A stretch of DNA of 64,000 nucleotides from Glaucostegus cemiculus (Eukaryota). The stretch's first letter is position 1; each line of letters starts with the position of its first letter. The stretch is from the NCBI GenBank assembly GCA_976551045.1, contig CDPCPM010000037.1, positions 8,060,001-8,124,000 on the forward strand, in the 5' to 3' direction. Under the pieces are notes generated by a model that was not told the origin of the DNA, ran no database searches, and worked only from the letters and a program-made list of their open reading frames with translations. Positions 26,196 through 39,011 of the stretch are shown here, piece by piece. A program made the translations under genes and the position numbers.

Positions 26196-28114
26196 AAAAT
26201 TTTCATTATGGTGAAGAAACCTGTTTTTTCACACCATCTGAAATCTTTACCTCACTGGCTGTCTTTGTAATGGCTTTTTTTTACCCGTGCTCGAACTTTG
26301 TTTTGTAAATTCAGAGATTGTTAATAACAGCTGTAGATGCATGGACAGTTGTTCTAAAATCGTCTTAACAACTGCATTTTAGTGATGGACATAAAGATCA
26401 AGAGAAGATCTGTTACGGCAGCTCTAAGGAAAGTTACCAGCAGCAGCCATTTATCTTTGCCAATGGCAATAGTTTTCCTACTCTGTGGGGACAGGGGAGT
26501 TAGTGTGATATAGGGACAAATATGGACTTTCAAGCAGTAGGGAAAAGGGCAATTATCGATTGAAAATATTTTGGGGAATGTATTCCCCTCCCCCCTCCCC
26601 AAAGACTGCATCTATATGAAGTAGTCTCCAAAGTCATGCTCATGTTTTATTTATCCTAAAATACTACTTGCAATGGCACAGTGAAATTAGGTGATGAATC
26701 AAAAATGTGCATTGCTCTTGGAATAAGCTATTCCACAATTTTATTGGCTGCTGGTATCAAAACACTAAAAGACCCCAAGAAGTTTTGTTAAACCTGATTT
26801 CAGCAAAGTGTTTTATGGATTTAAATACATTTTTATCTCTTTCTGGTGTTGTCTTAACAATGGAGAGTGACGTATGCAGACGTTTGTACAAGACTGAGAG
26901 TAAGAAACAATACACTTGAAGCTGCATCGGGTTCACAGAATGTGTAGTGCTATTGTATGGACATTGCCAACAGTTCTTCTGGTGATAACGCACCATTGAA
27001 CATAGTAACAACACAGCTTTATCTGTGAAAATATCTTTGCTGCAACCTGGTTAAACTAGGTCCCTCCCCCTCCAAACAGTCTTCGATAAACTAAACAAAA
27101 TATTCCACTGAGAACACTCTATTACCAAAATAGATACAGCATTACACCCACAGTATTAAGCCTATCTTTCTTTTTCAAATGTTGACAGACTTACAGTGTG
27201 CTTTCAGTGCTTTCTATTTTTAATTTCAACTGCCATGTTAATCTGAACTAAATATTTTAACTCAATTTTTATTGTTATGTTTTCTGTGTGGCTTTAAAAC
27301 AATATTTAAAATATATTTCTTTTAGAAATAGGGATATGTTGGAACTCATAATAAAGAGCAGACATTGTTAGCTGGCAAGTGTGGTTATGGAGCCAGAGCT
27401 GTGTGCCAAATCTCTCAAACTGTTGAAAAGGTAAACATCTGGTCAGTGCTTGGGGAAGCTTCAAGGTTTTCTTCAGAATCAGCAATTCAGCTGTTTTTGT
27501 TTCTGGCTCCAGACTCTTATGAGCTATTACTTGTTGTTGGCTTATATTGTAGCTAACATCAGGGCAATCTGATTAAAATAGCTTGGTTGAAAATTCTGTT
27601 ATGCTCAATGGCTTATTCTGTGACTCAATGACATCACTGCATTACTGATCATGTGATTGTCTGTGCTTTAATATATAAAAAATAATGTAATGAGGAGGGA
27701 TATTGTCTCTTCTGAAACAAACTAAGTCTTAAAAGTGGTAGGGAAATTTTCTGCCATTCATTGCATGTACCCAAATGTTAAATACATTAGTTACATTCAT
27801 TTTTAGCAGTTAAGGTCTAATAGCAAACAGAGGATAAACACTTTATGGGGACTATGGGATCATTAGGCAGCAATATAATGACCCATTCTCTCACAGTTGT
27901 AAATGTAAACGGCTGTGTTTGAGAAACAGTGAAGGCAGAGTTTACTGTGGGCACTTTACTGGGAACTGCCAATGCATGCAGCAGCTCCATTTCTATCACT
28001 GGATGGAGATTGGCGTTGAGTGGAATATTAAATACATGAAGACAGCATCAAACAGTAAGTATATCACCACTCTCCCAAAATTGGGAATAATAAAATAAAT
28101 AAGATTAACAAAAT

Positions 28115-28390
28115 AAACAACTTGCACTTTTATGGCACTTTCAATATAAAAATGATGTACCATTGAGAATCAATCAGGAAAAAAAACAGGCAGCAAGCTA
28201 AAGGAAGAAATTGTAGATGTGGAATTGAAGAAACTAATAAAAGAGATGTTTAAAAAGAATCTTAAAGAAAAAAAATCAAAGAATGGAAAAACCAAGTGCA
28301 TTGGATATAGGTGGCTGAAAGCACTGTTGCTAATGGTGGGGCAAAGACAGTGAATTAATTTGTCTGAAAACCACAAAGGAATGAAAATAA
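28115..28390 (-). mobile_element. Old L2 3' fragment
   Basis: Parallels 10245-10520 (caacttgcacttttatggcac...ggctgaaagcactgttgctaatggtg). Confidence 0.45.
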
Positions 28391-28737
28391 CTAACATAGG
28401 GGGAAATTTGATCAAGAAAAGTTAAACTGTTTTCATTTTAAAGTAAGGGATTCCATTAGCATTTACATTGATCTATCCTAATTTACCACAAATATTGCAC
28501 CTAAAAATAATCTACATAGCAATCAGAAAATGAGATTTATGAATTTTACATTGAAATATATAATCTTATGGCATTGATTGCTCCTATTTTCATAATGCAG
28601 TGAGATTCTGTTGTGAAATAATAAATTTCTGCTGGAGGATAGCTAATAGTAAGAATGTGATTTTCCTGTTATATATCTTGGATAGATTATATTGGCTTTA
28701 TTTTTATATGCATTATTGTATATAGTATTATATATTG

Positions 28738-29060
28738 AATTATACAGCATGGAAACAGGCCCTTCAGCCCATCATGTCCATGCTGACCACAGCACAAATA
28801 TACATGAATCTCATTTTTCCTCTTGCAGTTTATTATTTCTTCTCCTGTTCACAATTCTCCTGCCATCTGCCTATGTTATTGACAATTTACAGTGGCTATT
28901 TAACCTACCAACCTACACACCTTTGGGATGTGGGAGAGAACTGGAGCACCTAGGCAGTACCCACGTGGTTACAGGGAGAACATGCAAATTCCACGCAGAC
29001 AGCACCCAAGGCCAGGGTCAAACATCTAGGACTGTGAGAAAGCAGTACCATTTTATCATG
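28738..29060 (-). mobile_element. Older HE1-like V-SINE with CR1-derived tail
   Basis: acagcatggaaacaggcccttcagccc...ctttgggatgtgggagagaactggagcacc...acagggagaacatgcaaattccacgcagacagcacc. Confidence 0.75.
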
Positions 29061-29109
29061 GGATGACTTTATATTGCTAAATTTACAATCCTGATTAAAA
29101 ACAAAACTT

Positions 29110-29372
29110 TTCATTAATGAATCTGGTTAAAGCCTGTTAATTTGTCCCTCTGGAATTACCTCCCCTGAATAGCTGAAGAGACCGGGACAATTCAAGCATT
29201 CCAATCTTTGACAGATATGTATTCCTAGATATTCCTATATGTATGACATTCATTTGGACATGTTGTAGCTACAGAACCAAAGTGTATAGGGGAGTTAAAA
29301 TTACCATCAGCCAAGATTCAAATGAATGGTAGAACAGGTTTCAAGGGCTGAGTGGTCTGCTCCTGTTTCTAT
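29110..29372 (+). mobile_element. Old CR1 3' end fragment
   Basis: ctctggaattacctcccctgaatagctgaagag...atcagccaagattcaaatgaatggtagaacagg...aagggctgagtggtctgctcctgtttcta. Confidence 0.55.
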
Positions 29373-32119
29373 TAGCCAAAGCTACTGTTGTAAGCGGTAA
29401 CTTCGAAGATTGCAATGATGGAGAAGGAACTTAGTTTGTATTATTTGCCTGATTTAAACATCGGCAGTTTAATTGGTGGGAACTGTATTAGTTTCAATAA
29501 GGAGTGAATTTCTTGAATTTCTTCAATGACTTAAACTGACATAACATCTGGTTTCCATTAGGGACATATGTTGGATGGGAAACAAAGCCACTCAATTGTA
29601 CATGTTATTTTTCTTCTTTTACAATATGAAGATAAATGTTATTTTTTCTAAAAAGGCAACATTACCACATCTAATACCTGCCACTTCTTATATAAATTGC
29701 TCACATGCTTCTCGTGTGGCTACATGGGGGTCTAATCCAGGAATAAAAAAAATCGCCTTTACAGATACTTTGCTATTGGTGTATGTGTTAATTAGATGCT
29801 GCCAGCCCTGTTCTTATGTATGTATTGTAGTTAGCAGGGAAATGTTTTACCTTCATGTCAGTATTGAAAGTTGAAAAGGAAAATTTCAAAAGAGATGGAT
29901 TTAGTGTTGACCAAAAAAAAGTGAGTGAATAAATGGTTAGGAGGGGCTCTGATTCTTCTGTTAAATGTGTGTTAACTGATGATACCCATATGGCAGACTA
30001 ACTTGAAATATCAATGCAAGCTTTTAATGTTGTTTTTGCAAATGTTACTTCATTAAAATGAAGCAGTTTTCTTTTAATTAAGGAGGTCACCTTTTAAAGC
30101 TATTTGTCTTTTTTTCTATCACAAATTGAATGGAAAAATGAGAAAAATACTTAAGAGTTATTCATTTAAGAGTACTCAGAGTCCATCTTTAATTCATTTC
30201 TACACTATAGCAGCTACTCTTGCTACTTAGTCCCTTTTTTACTTATTTCCTGAACCATTCCTTGGATCTCTGTGTGAACAAGAAACAAAAATGCAAATTA
30301 GTTCAAGTCATTCAAGTACAAAAGAAAATAAATGGATTTTTCATGGGCTGCAGAATCCATTCTTTACCATTTCATTTATCTTTCAAAAAAGACAGTTGCT
30401 TTCAACTTTTGATCTACTTACACTCAATCAGATAAAGTTGTTGTTACAGTCTTGTTTTCTATCAACTAGTTAAATCATGTTTCATATCATTTATTATCTA
30501 TTATTCAGATCAAGTAAATTAAACAAATCTAATTGTAAAATCAGAATAGATGTGATTAATTGCAGGAGGTACATACAGTACATATATCAATACAGATTAC
30601 TGTTATGAGTGTAATATGAGTCCAACTTCTGGTACTTAACAGGGAGTCTAAGAGTTAGTGTGGTTGTGGACACATTTAAATGTTATGTTTTGTAGTAGAC
30701 TGACATGAGTTATTTATATTTCATCATTTTAGGTCAGGTCTCAGCTTGGAAAACCATTATTGTCATTGTGAAGAATGTTCTATTAATTTTAATTAAAATG
30801 GAGCTCCTCTTTCAAAGATTTGATATGAAGAAAAACAATGTGAAATATACCTGGCCTCCTAAACAATCACTTTAAAATAATTAAATGTGACTTCCGGAAA
30901 ATAACAGTATTTCTTATGACCAAATGGGAAGTGCTTAAAACTCATTAAGGGCCCTCTTAATTAGAGTAGTAAAGGGTTTGCACCATTGTTCCTTTGAAAA
31001 TCATGTGGCCAATGTGAACAGGATTCGATGAATGATCCACATTTCCTCACCTACTTTGCTAATTTTCTGGCATATTTTTGTTATTGGCAAACAAGTTTTT
31101 TTTACAGTTTTCTCTCTTAGACTCCTGGATAGACTTTTACCAAAACCTTCTAATTTCAGAAATAATTGCAAGTGAGTTGGATTAACTCCATAGTTTATTG
31201 GATAAACATTTGAAAGAGAAAAAAAAAATTACAGGGAGTTAGGGGAAGAGTTTAGAGATAATTGCACGTCTCTTTCAAATATTTGGCACACACATACATG
31301 ATGGATGGAAAAAACCCTCTATGTGTTTGTTCCATGAATCTATAATCTTATCTCAACTCTGAAAATTTTTCCTATATTCAACATCAGATCGGACATGAGA
31401 CTGATATAATTTGTATTGCTACAGCATGAATCCCAATCTATGAGGATTCTATCTGGATAATGTGTCACTTTGGCTCAAATATTTTAATTCTCAGAAATCT
31501 ATGAGTCTGCCTCAGGTCTGATCTTTTAATCTAGTTGACCTTTAATTACAGTGGTGAAGAGCACTAATTTTTTTAAAGTGATTACATTTGGAAAGTACTC
31601 CATTGGCTGTAAAGGATCTGAGGCATCCTTTTTTGTCCAGAAATGTTGCAATATAAATGCAAGTCTTCATTCTAAAGTTGGAACCATTTTCAACCTTTTA
31701 ATTTCCAGTGAAAGCCCGGTCTGTCAGGATGTTGAGTAATGTGTTACACTCCCAGGTAATATTCGTCTTTTCACAATTAATGTTCTTCCGGCATCATTGG
31801 CGCACGATGGTTTCATCAATGTGTGAGATGCTTATCTCAAAGTAATGGCAGAAATGGAGTGAAAATATGCAGCTTGTGATCTTTGCTGCTAAATCCCAGT
31901 AAAACAATATGCTAACTCCATAAAAAATCATTAAGCCATGAACTAATGGTTTGCAAAAGAAGCACTGATGTGTTGCCATCTACTTGTACCTGCCTGAGTG
32001 TTTGATGCTGCGCAAGTTTGTTGGTGTATAATAGGATCAAGAGCACTCACCTCAAGGATAGAGTTACAATTAAGAAGATTTTTTAAGGGTTCCTTCTAGC
32101 CAGCACCAACTTCCTTTCT

Positions 32120-32510
32120 GTCCTTGGTAGGTTCATCTTCATTCTTAGCTCTCAGTGGGTTGGGGCTTTGGGAGTTTGAGTTTAAGATGGTCCTGATAGC
32201 ACTGAAGGACCCATGCATGTCATAGCCATCAGCATGTTCCTATGTCTCTTGCACTCTTTCCAGCTGCTGATTGTTCTTTAAGGCACAAGTTTTCTGCTGG
32301 ACTTTGGCCCTTAGGTTCCTATAGAAATTTTTCTTTTCCCTTGAGGAATAGCAGAATCTCCAATCCAACAATACCTTGCATTTTTGGTTACACGGCTCCT
32401 GGCCATTCTCATCAAATTGGTCTTGGTTCTTCTTGATAGAGAGACAAGCCATGTCATTTACTAGTCTGACACCAGGTTTCTGAAACAGAAACTCCATGTT
32501 GAGCTCTGTC
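32120..32510 (-). mobile_element. RTE 3' fragment
   Basis: Minus-strand counterpart of 1560-1900 (gacaagccatgtc...ccagac/ctgacaccag segment, gcatgttcc, agactcc). Confidence 0.45.
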
Positions 32511-32556
32511 ACAGGAAGAAATTAACAGGTAGATAGAGGAAAAGATTCAAGAATAT

Positions 32557-33416
32557 TTTTATTTTAAGATGGCGGCACACACATTTGCAGCGGCCTCTCC
32601 CAGGTCTGTAGTGCTTGTGTTTCTTTGTTAGTCTTTTAGTGTTTTTTTTTGCTTTTTTTTTGTGTGTTCTTTGTTCCTGATGTTTGTGTGCTTGGTGTTC
32701 GTTTTTGTGGAGTCGTTGTCTGTGCTGACGGCTCCGACGGCTCGTCGGAGTTCATCGAAGGCGACAGCGTATCAAAGGCCCTGGAGCCTCGTGGTGGCGT
32801 TGGGATGCGGGCGGTGAGGGGGCTGCTCGGGCCATAGGTGGTTGGCCTGCGGGGCTGGAGGTCGTCGGACTGCGGAGCCGGTCTGCGGGGCTGGAGGTCG
32901 TCGGACTGCGGAGCTGGAATTCGGGGCTGGAGGTCGTCGGACTGCGGGGCCGGAGGCGAAGGAGCCGGGGATCGTCGGCCTGCGGGGCCAGAGGTCGTCG
33001 GCCTGCGGAGCCGGAGGCAAAGGAGCCGGAGGTCGTCAGACTGCGGGGCCGGAGGCGAAGGAGCCGGAGGTGGTCGGACTGCGGGGCCGGAGGTGGTCGG
33101 ACTGCGGGGCCGGAGGTGGTCGGACTGCGGGGCCGGAGGCGAAGGAGCCGGAGGTGGTCGGACTGCGGGGCCGGAGGTGGTCGGACTGTGGGCCGGAGGT
33201 TGTTGATGGACTGTGGGCCCCGAGGTTGTAGGACTGCAGGGGTTGGAGGTAGTCGTCAGTGCGGGGTGAGGCTGGGGGCTGTTAATGTTTTGACGTTTTT
33301 GTCCCGTTGTCCTTTATTGTCTTTAATGTCTTTTGCACATTGGCCTGTGGAGAAACAATATCTCGCCTTCATGTATACGTGAAAGTGACAATAAATTAAT
33401 TCTGATTCTGATTCTG
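32557..33416 (+). mobile_element. Young 860-bp non-autonomous retroelement with 5' YY1 motif, internal GC-rich minisatellite and Rex/Babar-type tail
   Basis: AAGATGGCGGC at 32566-32576; ends gtgacaataaattaa(ttctga)3; 8-bp TSD AAGAATAT (32549-32556, 33417-33424). Confidence 0.75.
32845..33245 (+). repeat. GC-rich minisatellite: 23-bp unit gccggaggt(g/c)gtcggactgcggg interspersed with 15-bp gccggaggcgaagga
   Basis: Directly visible tandem units, most homogeneous at 33063-33200. Confidence 0.9.
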
Positions 33417-33454
33417 AAGAATATGTTCAAAGCTTCCTTAATAAAATGCAACAG

Positions 33455-33630
33455 CCCCACTCACTTCTGGGAATCCCTGGCCCTCAAAGTGGGGAGAGAA
33501 CATTCAGGATGGCTCTAAGACCTTGAGCCCAAGCACCTTCTCCCCACCTTCCATATGTGGTAGAGTCTGTGGATCACATAACTCACCCCAGAATTCAGAG
33601 AATTGGAGTGGAAACAGGTCATCCTCAAGA
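33455..33630 (+). mobile_element. RTE 3' fragment
   Basis: ctgggaatccctggccctcaaagtggggagagaacattcaggatgg...ggagtggaaacaggtcatcctcaa, homologous to 1683-1940. Confidence 0.65.
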
Positions 33631-35111
33631 GAAAGGTAAGTTTGTTATATTATTACTGAGTCTCATAGTGTTGATTGTAAGTTTTCAAAATCATGCATGA
33701 CATCGATATTCTGCAATCCCTACCTGAATACTGAGCCCATGCTTTGCAGTAGTGACATAGTAGTCCACCAACAAGAATGCTCCTACGGTGTTGGGTAGTA
33801 TGACCAATCACATTGAAGATGCAGGTTATGCTTCCCTTGTGTTTTCCCTCATTTCCGTGGCAGCCATTTATGCTGCTGTACTGTGGTTACCAGGGAAGAT
33901 GTGACATGCTTCCCATGATTCTCCACAGCAATAGGCACAACAGCCGCTATTGGAAACAGTTCAGGCTGCATTTTAACATATTAGATTTCCTGGTAACCTT
34001 TTCTCACTCATCAGCTCCCCCCTCATATCACTCACCTAACTAGGGGTAATTTACAGTAGAGGCTTGCATGCAGTCTGTGGAGCTACCACCATTCCCAATG
34101 GGTGATACTTCAGGAATCCTAGCAACCTGCTGAACAGTAGGTTGCTGGGCTGCTGTTAGTCCACAGCTGTGAAGACAGCCTCCTGAACTTACCCAGGAGC
34201 AGGGTGGACTTCCTCTGCAGCACCTATGGAACCGTATTCCTTCACGCTCCTTGGCATCGAAAGTCTTTCTGGCCGTCAGCCCCAATCCACCAAAGATTTC
34301 TTTGTTCGTGCTCATTAGCTTTCTTTATAGGCTGCTCCATTAGCTGAATATACTGCAGCAGAACTCATGGTGATCATCTCCACCAGGGAGCTGGACCCAG
34401 CACTATTCCTTTCTCCTGCATTAAGCAGCAAGATACATTTGCCTGCCATGCAGATCCTTTTCCTCTGAATTACATGAAGGTTCAACATTTGAGCTACTTG
34501 CCACAACTGTGAAGCAGTGTCTCAGTGTTTCATCATCAGCAGCAGGGTTCTCTTCCTCTTCCTGTGGTTACTGGACAGGCTGCATTTCTTGGGAATCCAG
34601 AATGAAACAAAAACACAGGAGTAAGGTAGTGGTTTGGGGAGATGAGTCCATATTTATATGGATACCAGTCTGGAAGAGTCCATGATCATTAACACATGAG
34701 AAGAAGAATTAGAGACAAGAGTACCACTGTCTTCAGGTTTCTGTTTGCCATGGCTTCAACGATAATGACCAACATTCTCATCCCATGGGGCTTCAAGCAT
34801 ACAGGCAACCAGCCCTTTCGTGGTAATGACACCAATGCATCTGGTTACATGCCATCTTGATTTGCAGAGAAAGGATAATGGCTGTCATTCCATTTGTTTG
34901 GATGGTGTACCTGTCATGGTTGAATAGCTGATATGCAAGTCCAATTGTAAGATGAGGCTTGTAGCAATGCTACGTATATGATGGTGTGGGAAGTATATGA
35001 CTGTTAGGCATTATGCTTGAATGATACAGATTATGGTAGATGAGTAGTGTGGGTCTGGTGCACTGAAGATCTGTGGTTCTGAAGGCAGGAACCCTTAAGT
35101 AATATTTTACA

Positions 35112-35211
35112 CCATAAGACATAGAAGCAAAATTAGGGCACTCAGCCCATCGAGTGTGCTCTACCATTCAATCATGGCTGTTTTTCTCGACCCTATCCTC
35201 CTGTCTTCTCC
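35112..35211 (-). mobile_element. CR1 3' tail (resumes at about 36092-36120)
   Basis: accataagacatagaagcaaaattaggg...ccattcaatcatggctg...cctgtcttctcc, continuing as gtaaccgttaatccccttaccaatcaa. Confidence 0.65.
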
Positions 35212-35512
35212 ACAAGACAAGACAAGATACCTTTATTAGTCACGTGTACTTTGAAACACAGTGAAATGCATCTTCCATGTAGAGTGTTCTGGGGACAGCC
35301 TGCAAGTGTCGCCACACTTCCGGCGCCAACATAGCATGCCCACAACTTCCTAACCTGTACATCTTTGGAATATGGAAGGAAACCAGAGCACCCGGAGGAA
35401 ACCCACTCAGACACAGGGAGAACGTGCAAACTCGTCACAGACAGCAGCCAGAATTGAACCTGGGTCACTGGCGCTGTAGTAGTGTTACGCTAACCACTAC
35501 ACTACACTACCC
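35212..35512 (-). mobile_element. tRNA-derived V-SINE, Rex-type tail subfamily
   Basis: Reverse complement of the 39328-39623 type; tail acaagacaagacaagatacctttattagtcac. Confidence 0.9.
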
Positions 35513-35521
35513 ATGCCTGCC

Positions 35522-36090
35522 CTTAGGAATAGTAAAGGGAAAAAAGCAACTGGTGAGAGTTGTCTATAGGCCACCAAATAATAATATTACAGTGGAACAG
35601 GCAATAAACCAAGAAATAGATGTAGCAGAGGATGCGGATAGTCTACAGAGAGATATGGAGTGGTTAAGTGAGTGGGCAGGGGTCTGGCAGATGGAGTACA
35701 ATGTTGGTAAATGGGAGGTCATCCACTTTGGAAGGAAAAATAGAAGCTCAGATTATTATTTAAATGGTGAAAGATTGCAGCATGCTGTTCTTGTGCAGAG
35801 GGACTCAGGAGTGCTTGTGCACGAATTACAAAAGGTTGGTTTGCTGCAACTGGACAGGGTACTGGTGAGGCTGCACCTGGAGTACTGCGTGCAGTGCTGG
35901 TCTCCCTGAGCAGATATATTGGTTTTGGAGGCGGTGCAGAGGAGGTTCACCAAGTTGATTCTGGAGCTGAGGGGGTTAGCCTATGAGGAGAAATTGAGTT
36001 GCCTGGGACTATACTCACTGGAATTCAGAAGAATAAGAGGGAAATCTACAGAACATATAAGATTATTAAAGAGATAGATAAGGGATAGAT
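35522..36090 (+). mobile_element. Internally deleted CR1 (APE segment fused to post-RT segment)
   Basis: VVYRPPNN...INQEI joined directly to DADSLQRDMEWLSEWAGVWQMEYNVGKWEVIHFG...VRLHLEYCVQCWSP. Confidence 0.8.
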
Positions 36091-38134
36091 AGGTAACCGT
36101 TAATCCCCTTACCAATCAACTGAATGAACAGCCTCAGCCCATAGTTCACCATCTCTTCTCCAATTACCACTAAGATGGAAATGGGATGGCATTGATGTAC
36201 ATTTCACTCATATTCCAGATAGTTAATGTTTTAACCTCGAACCTGACCCCAACTCAGCTGTTCCTGGGTTAGGTTTCAATGGGGGCAAAACTCGTCTTTG
36301 GCTATAATACTCAATGCAATTTGAGCTATCAGTATGACAGTCCACTCACCTCTGCTCATTCTGTTCCAATGAAGTCAGTGTAATGGAATGTGCAGAATTC
36401 AATACAACCTGTAGTTGATTCTCGTGTACACTTTGGCCAAGAAGTTCAATCATGTCGCAGTTTTTCGGTGTTATGCAATTGAACTATTGATTTTTCTGGT
36501 AGGTGAGATGCAGTTTTGACCCTTTTCTGGGTTGCTTCACATTGCTCAGGAAATGTGACCAGCATTACATGACATGAGCGAGCTTTGCTTATCTGAGGCA
36601 ATTTCCGTGGCAGCTGAGTGTGGAGTGATGTCATTCTCCATGTAATGTTGGATTTGGAGACTGCAGGGCAACTTAGGCCAAGTCATCCTGTGATGGGCCA
36701 TGTTGGAAACTTTCTGGCCAGCCTGATTTTCACACTGTGGTGCATCATTGGGACCCCTATAAGTCCTTTGTTGCCTTTCATCTTATCCCATCCCTCTCCA
36801 ACCCAATGTTCCTCCTGGAATCCTCCACCATGCACTAGGCTTTGGCTCTTTGGTCTTCCGAGTACCCTCCCTACAACCCCTAAAGCTTCCCATGGAAGCT
36901 TTGACCTTGAACCACTCCTGCTTACTCAGTCACTGACATTGGCTGCACTCTTTGAACCACCACATCCCTTGGGGTTCCTCCCCAGTCCTCTGTTATGATC
37001 TTTGAGCCTTTCCACCATTCATTCTTTCTGCTGCAACCATTCTTCCCCCCTCGCCTCTCCTCCCATCCTCCCCCTCAACCACAGCACAGGCATCATTCAG
37101 TTCTTCTTTCCCTTCCCCAGTGATCTTGGCATTGGCACCCATTGTTTCCCACACTTCCCCACCCCATGGGACCCCATTGTTCTTGTCTACACCATCATCC
37201 CATCTTAGTCCCAACAACAGCACAGGCACCAGTTATTCATTCTATGAGCTCAGTACTGTGCATAATCAAGCCTCCAGTCACCAGCCATTTGCAAGCCCAA
37301 AATGCCTAATCTTGGTTTTCAATGTCACCCTTTTGTTCCTGAAAAGCTGTACGAGCTGAAATTTCCATTAGGAAGACCTTGACCAAAACCGTTGTTCGTA
37401 GCCTGCAGTGATATCAGTCTTGCACACCCATTTGGCATGACTACAATTTCCAAGCACTTCAAAGCCAGCATAGAGATGAATTATTCACCTCATACCTTAT
37501 GTTACTGAGATATGAAATGTGGCATTTATTGCTAATTAACTGGAAGGACTCCATGGAGTTGAGCGAGTAATCACAACTGAGTTATCCAAATCTTTATATT
37601 TTAATATAAAAAGGCTGGTCTGTGTATTCTTATTTCAGCACTGCTTGCTAATCACTACACCAAAGCTACTTTAGCTAAAGTTTCTAAAGAACATTTTGCT
37701 GTCCATCTTTGCAGATTAGAGCTAATTCAGACTGATTATTTCCTGTAGCAGTTTGTTTTATATTAATTTACCATAATGTACTAGTTCTTTGTGATGTGGC
37801 TATATTAGTAAACAGTTCATTGTGAAATGGTCTAAAGATCAGCCATAAAGATCTGTCAGTTAAAAATCTCATTAAAAATAAAAGTGAAATGAAATCACAG
37901 TACTGTAATAATTAACAAATTATGTTACCTTCATATAGATGATATTTTCCCAAGAAGATACATTTCCCTTCAGACTCATGTCAGACAGCATGAAAGCAGG
38001 CTTTAGTCTAACTGGTCCATGCCAAGCAAGTGCCATTTGCCCATGTTTGACCCATTTTGCAATTGACTGATGGTTCTGCACTGTCAAGAAAATTCATTTT
38101 TCAATTGAGACATTAAACCAAGTTTCCTTCAGGA

Positions 38135-38625
38135 TAGTACCATGGAATCTGTACTATCCAGCAGAGAAGCCAGCATGTCTATTGCAGATATATATATAAG
38201 GACCGATGTGTCAGAAAGGCCACAAACATAATGTCTGACCCTTCTCACCCCTCCTACCACCTCTTTACACTCTTGCCATCCGGAAGAAGGCTCCAGTGCA
38301 TCCGGGCAAGGACTACCAGACTGTGCAATAGCAATGATTCCCGCCAACACCAAAGGATGCTAGGCATACAGAAATGCACCAGCACTTTAAATGTCTGTTG
38401 TCTGCTGCCTCAGTACGCTCACTTTAAGATTGTTTATTTGAGTCACTATTTAACTTTGTGGTTCCAATGTTTTTAATGTCTTCCTGTCTTTGTGTCTCTC
38501 ATTGTTTGTTTCTCTTTTTAATGTGATGAGCACCTTGATCTGTAGAGTACGGTATTTTGCTCCTGTGCATACTAAATGTGTATATAGTAGTGACAATAAA
38601 AACTGACTTTGATTCTGATTCTGAT
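38135..38625 (+). mobile_element. Rex1/Babar LINE 3' end, copy A
   Basis: IMSDPSHPSYHLFTLLPSGRRLQCIRARTTRLCNS; tail gtgacaataaaaactgactttgattctgattctgat. Confidence 0.85.
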
Positions 38626-38920
38626 CCTTCCCATAAGTTATCAGAACCATGAACTCCCTCATCCCTCCCACCAACACCAAAGGATGCTAGGCGTACAAAA
38701 ATGCACTGGCACTTTAAATATCCATTGTCTGCTGCCTCAGTACGCTCACTCTAAGATTGTTTATTCCAGTCACTATTTAATTTTGTGGTTCCAGTATTGT
38801 TAATGTCTTTCTGTCATTGTTTTTTTAATGTGACGAACACCTTGATCTGTGGAGTACGGTATTTTACTCCTATGTATGCTGAATGTGTATATGGTAGTGA
38901 CAATAAAACTGATTCTGATG
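38626..38920 (+). mobile_element. Rex1/Babar LINE 3' end, copy B (in tandem with copy A)
   Basis: Repeats 38344-38625 from ccaacaccaaaggatgctaggc to gtgacaataaaactgattctgat. Confidence 0.85.
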
Positions 38921-39011
38921 TCCTCAGTTTATCTCATGTGAATGGTGGTACCTCCACCAGTACAGCACCCACTCAAGTGTTCAAGCTAGATTTATGGGTT
39001 CAAGTCTCTGT

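Noticed and set aside
32845-33245. Regular 23-bp repeats suggesting a CRISPR array, and overlapping Gly/Arg-rich ORFs (32772-33382)
   Set aside because: The units are contiguous with no unique spacers, the context is eukaryotic, and the ORFs are a by-product of a stop-poor GC-rich minisatellite.
33730-34600. GC-balanced, coding-like region (also 5230-5620, 8000-8480, 57400-57660)
   Set aside because: All frames are interrupted. There are faint Harbinger-like traces, but too weak to annotate.
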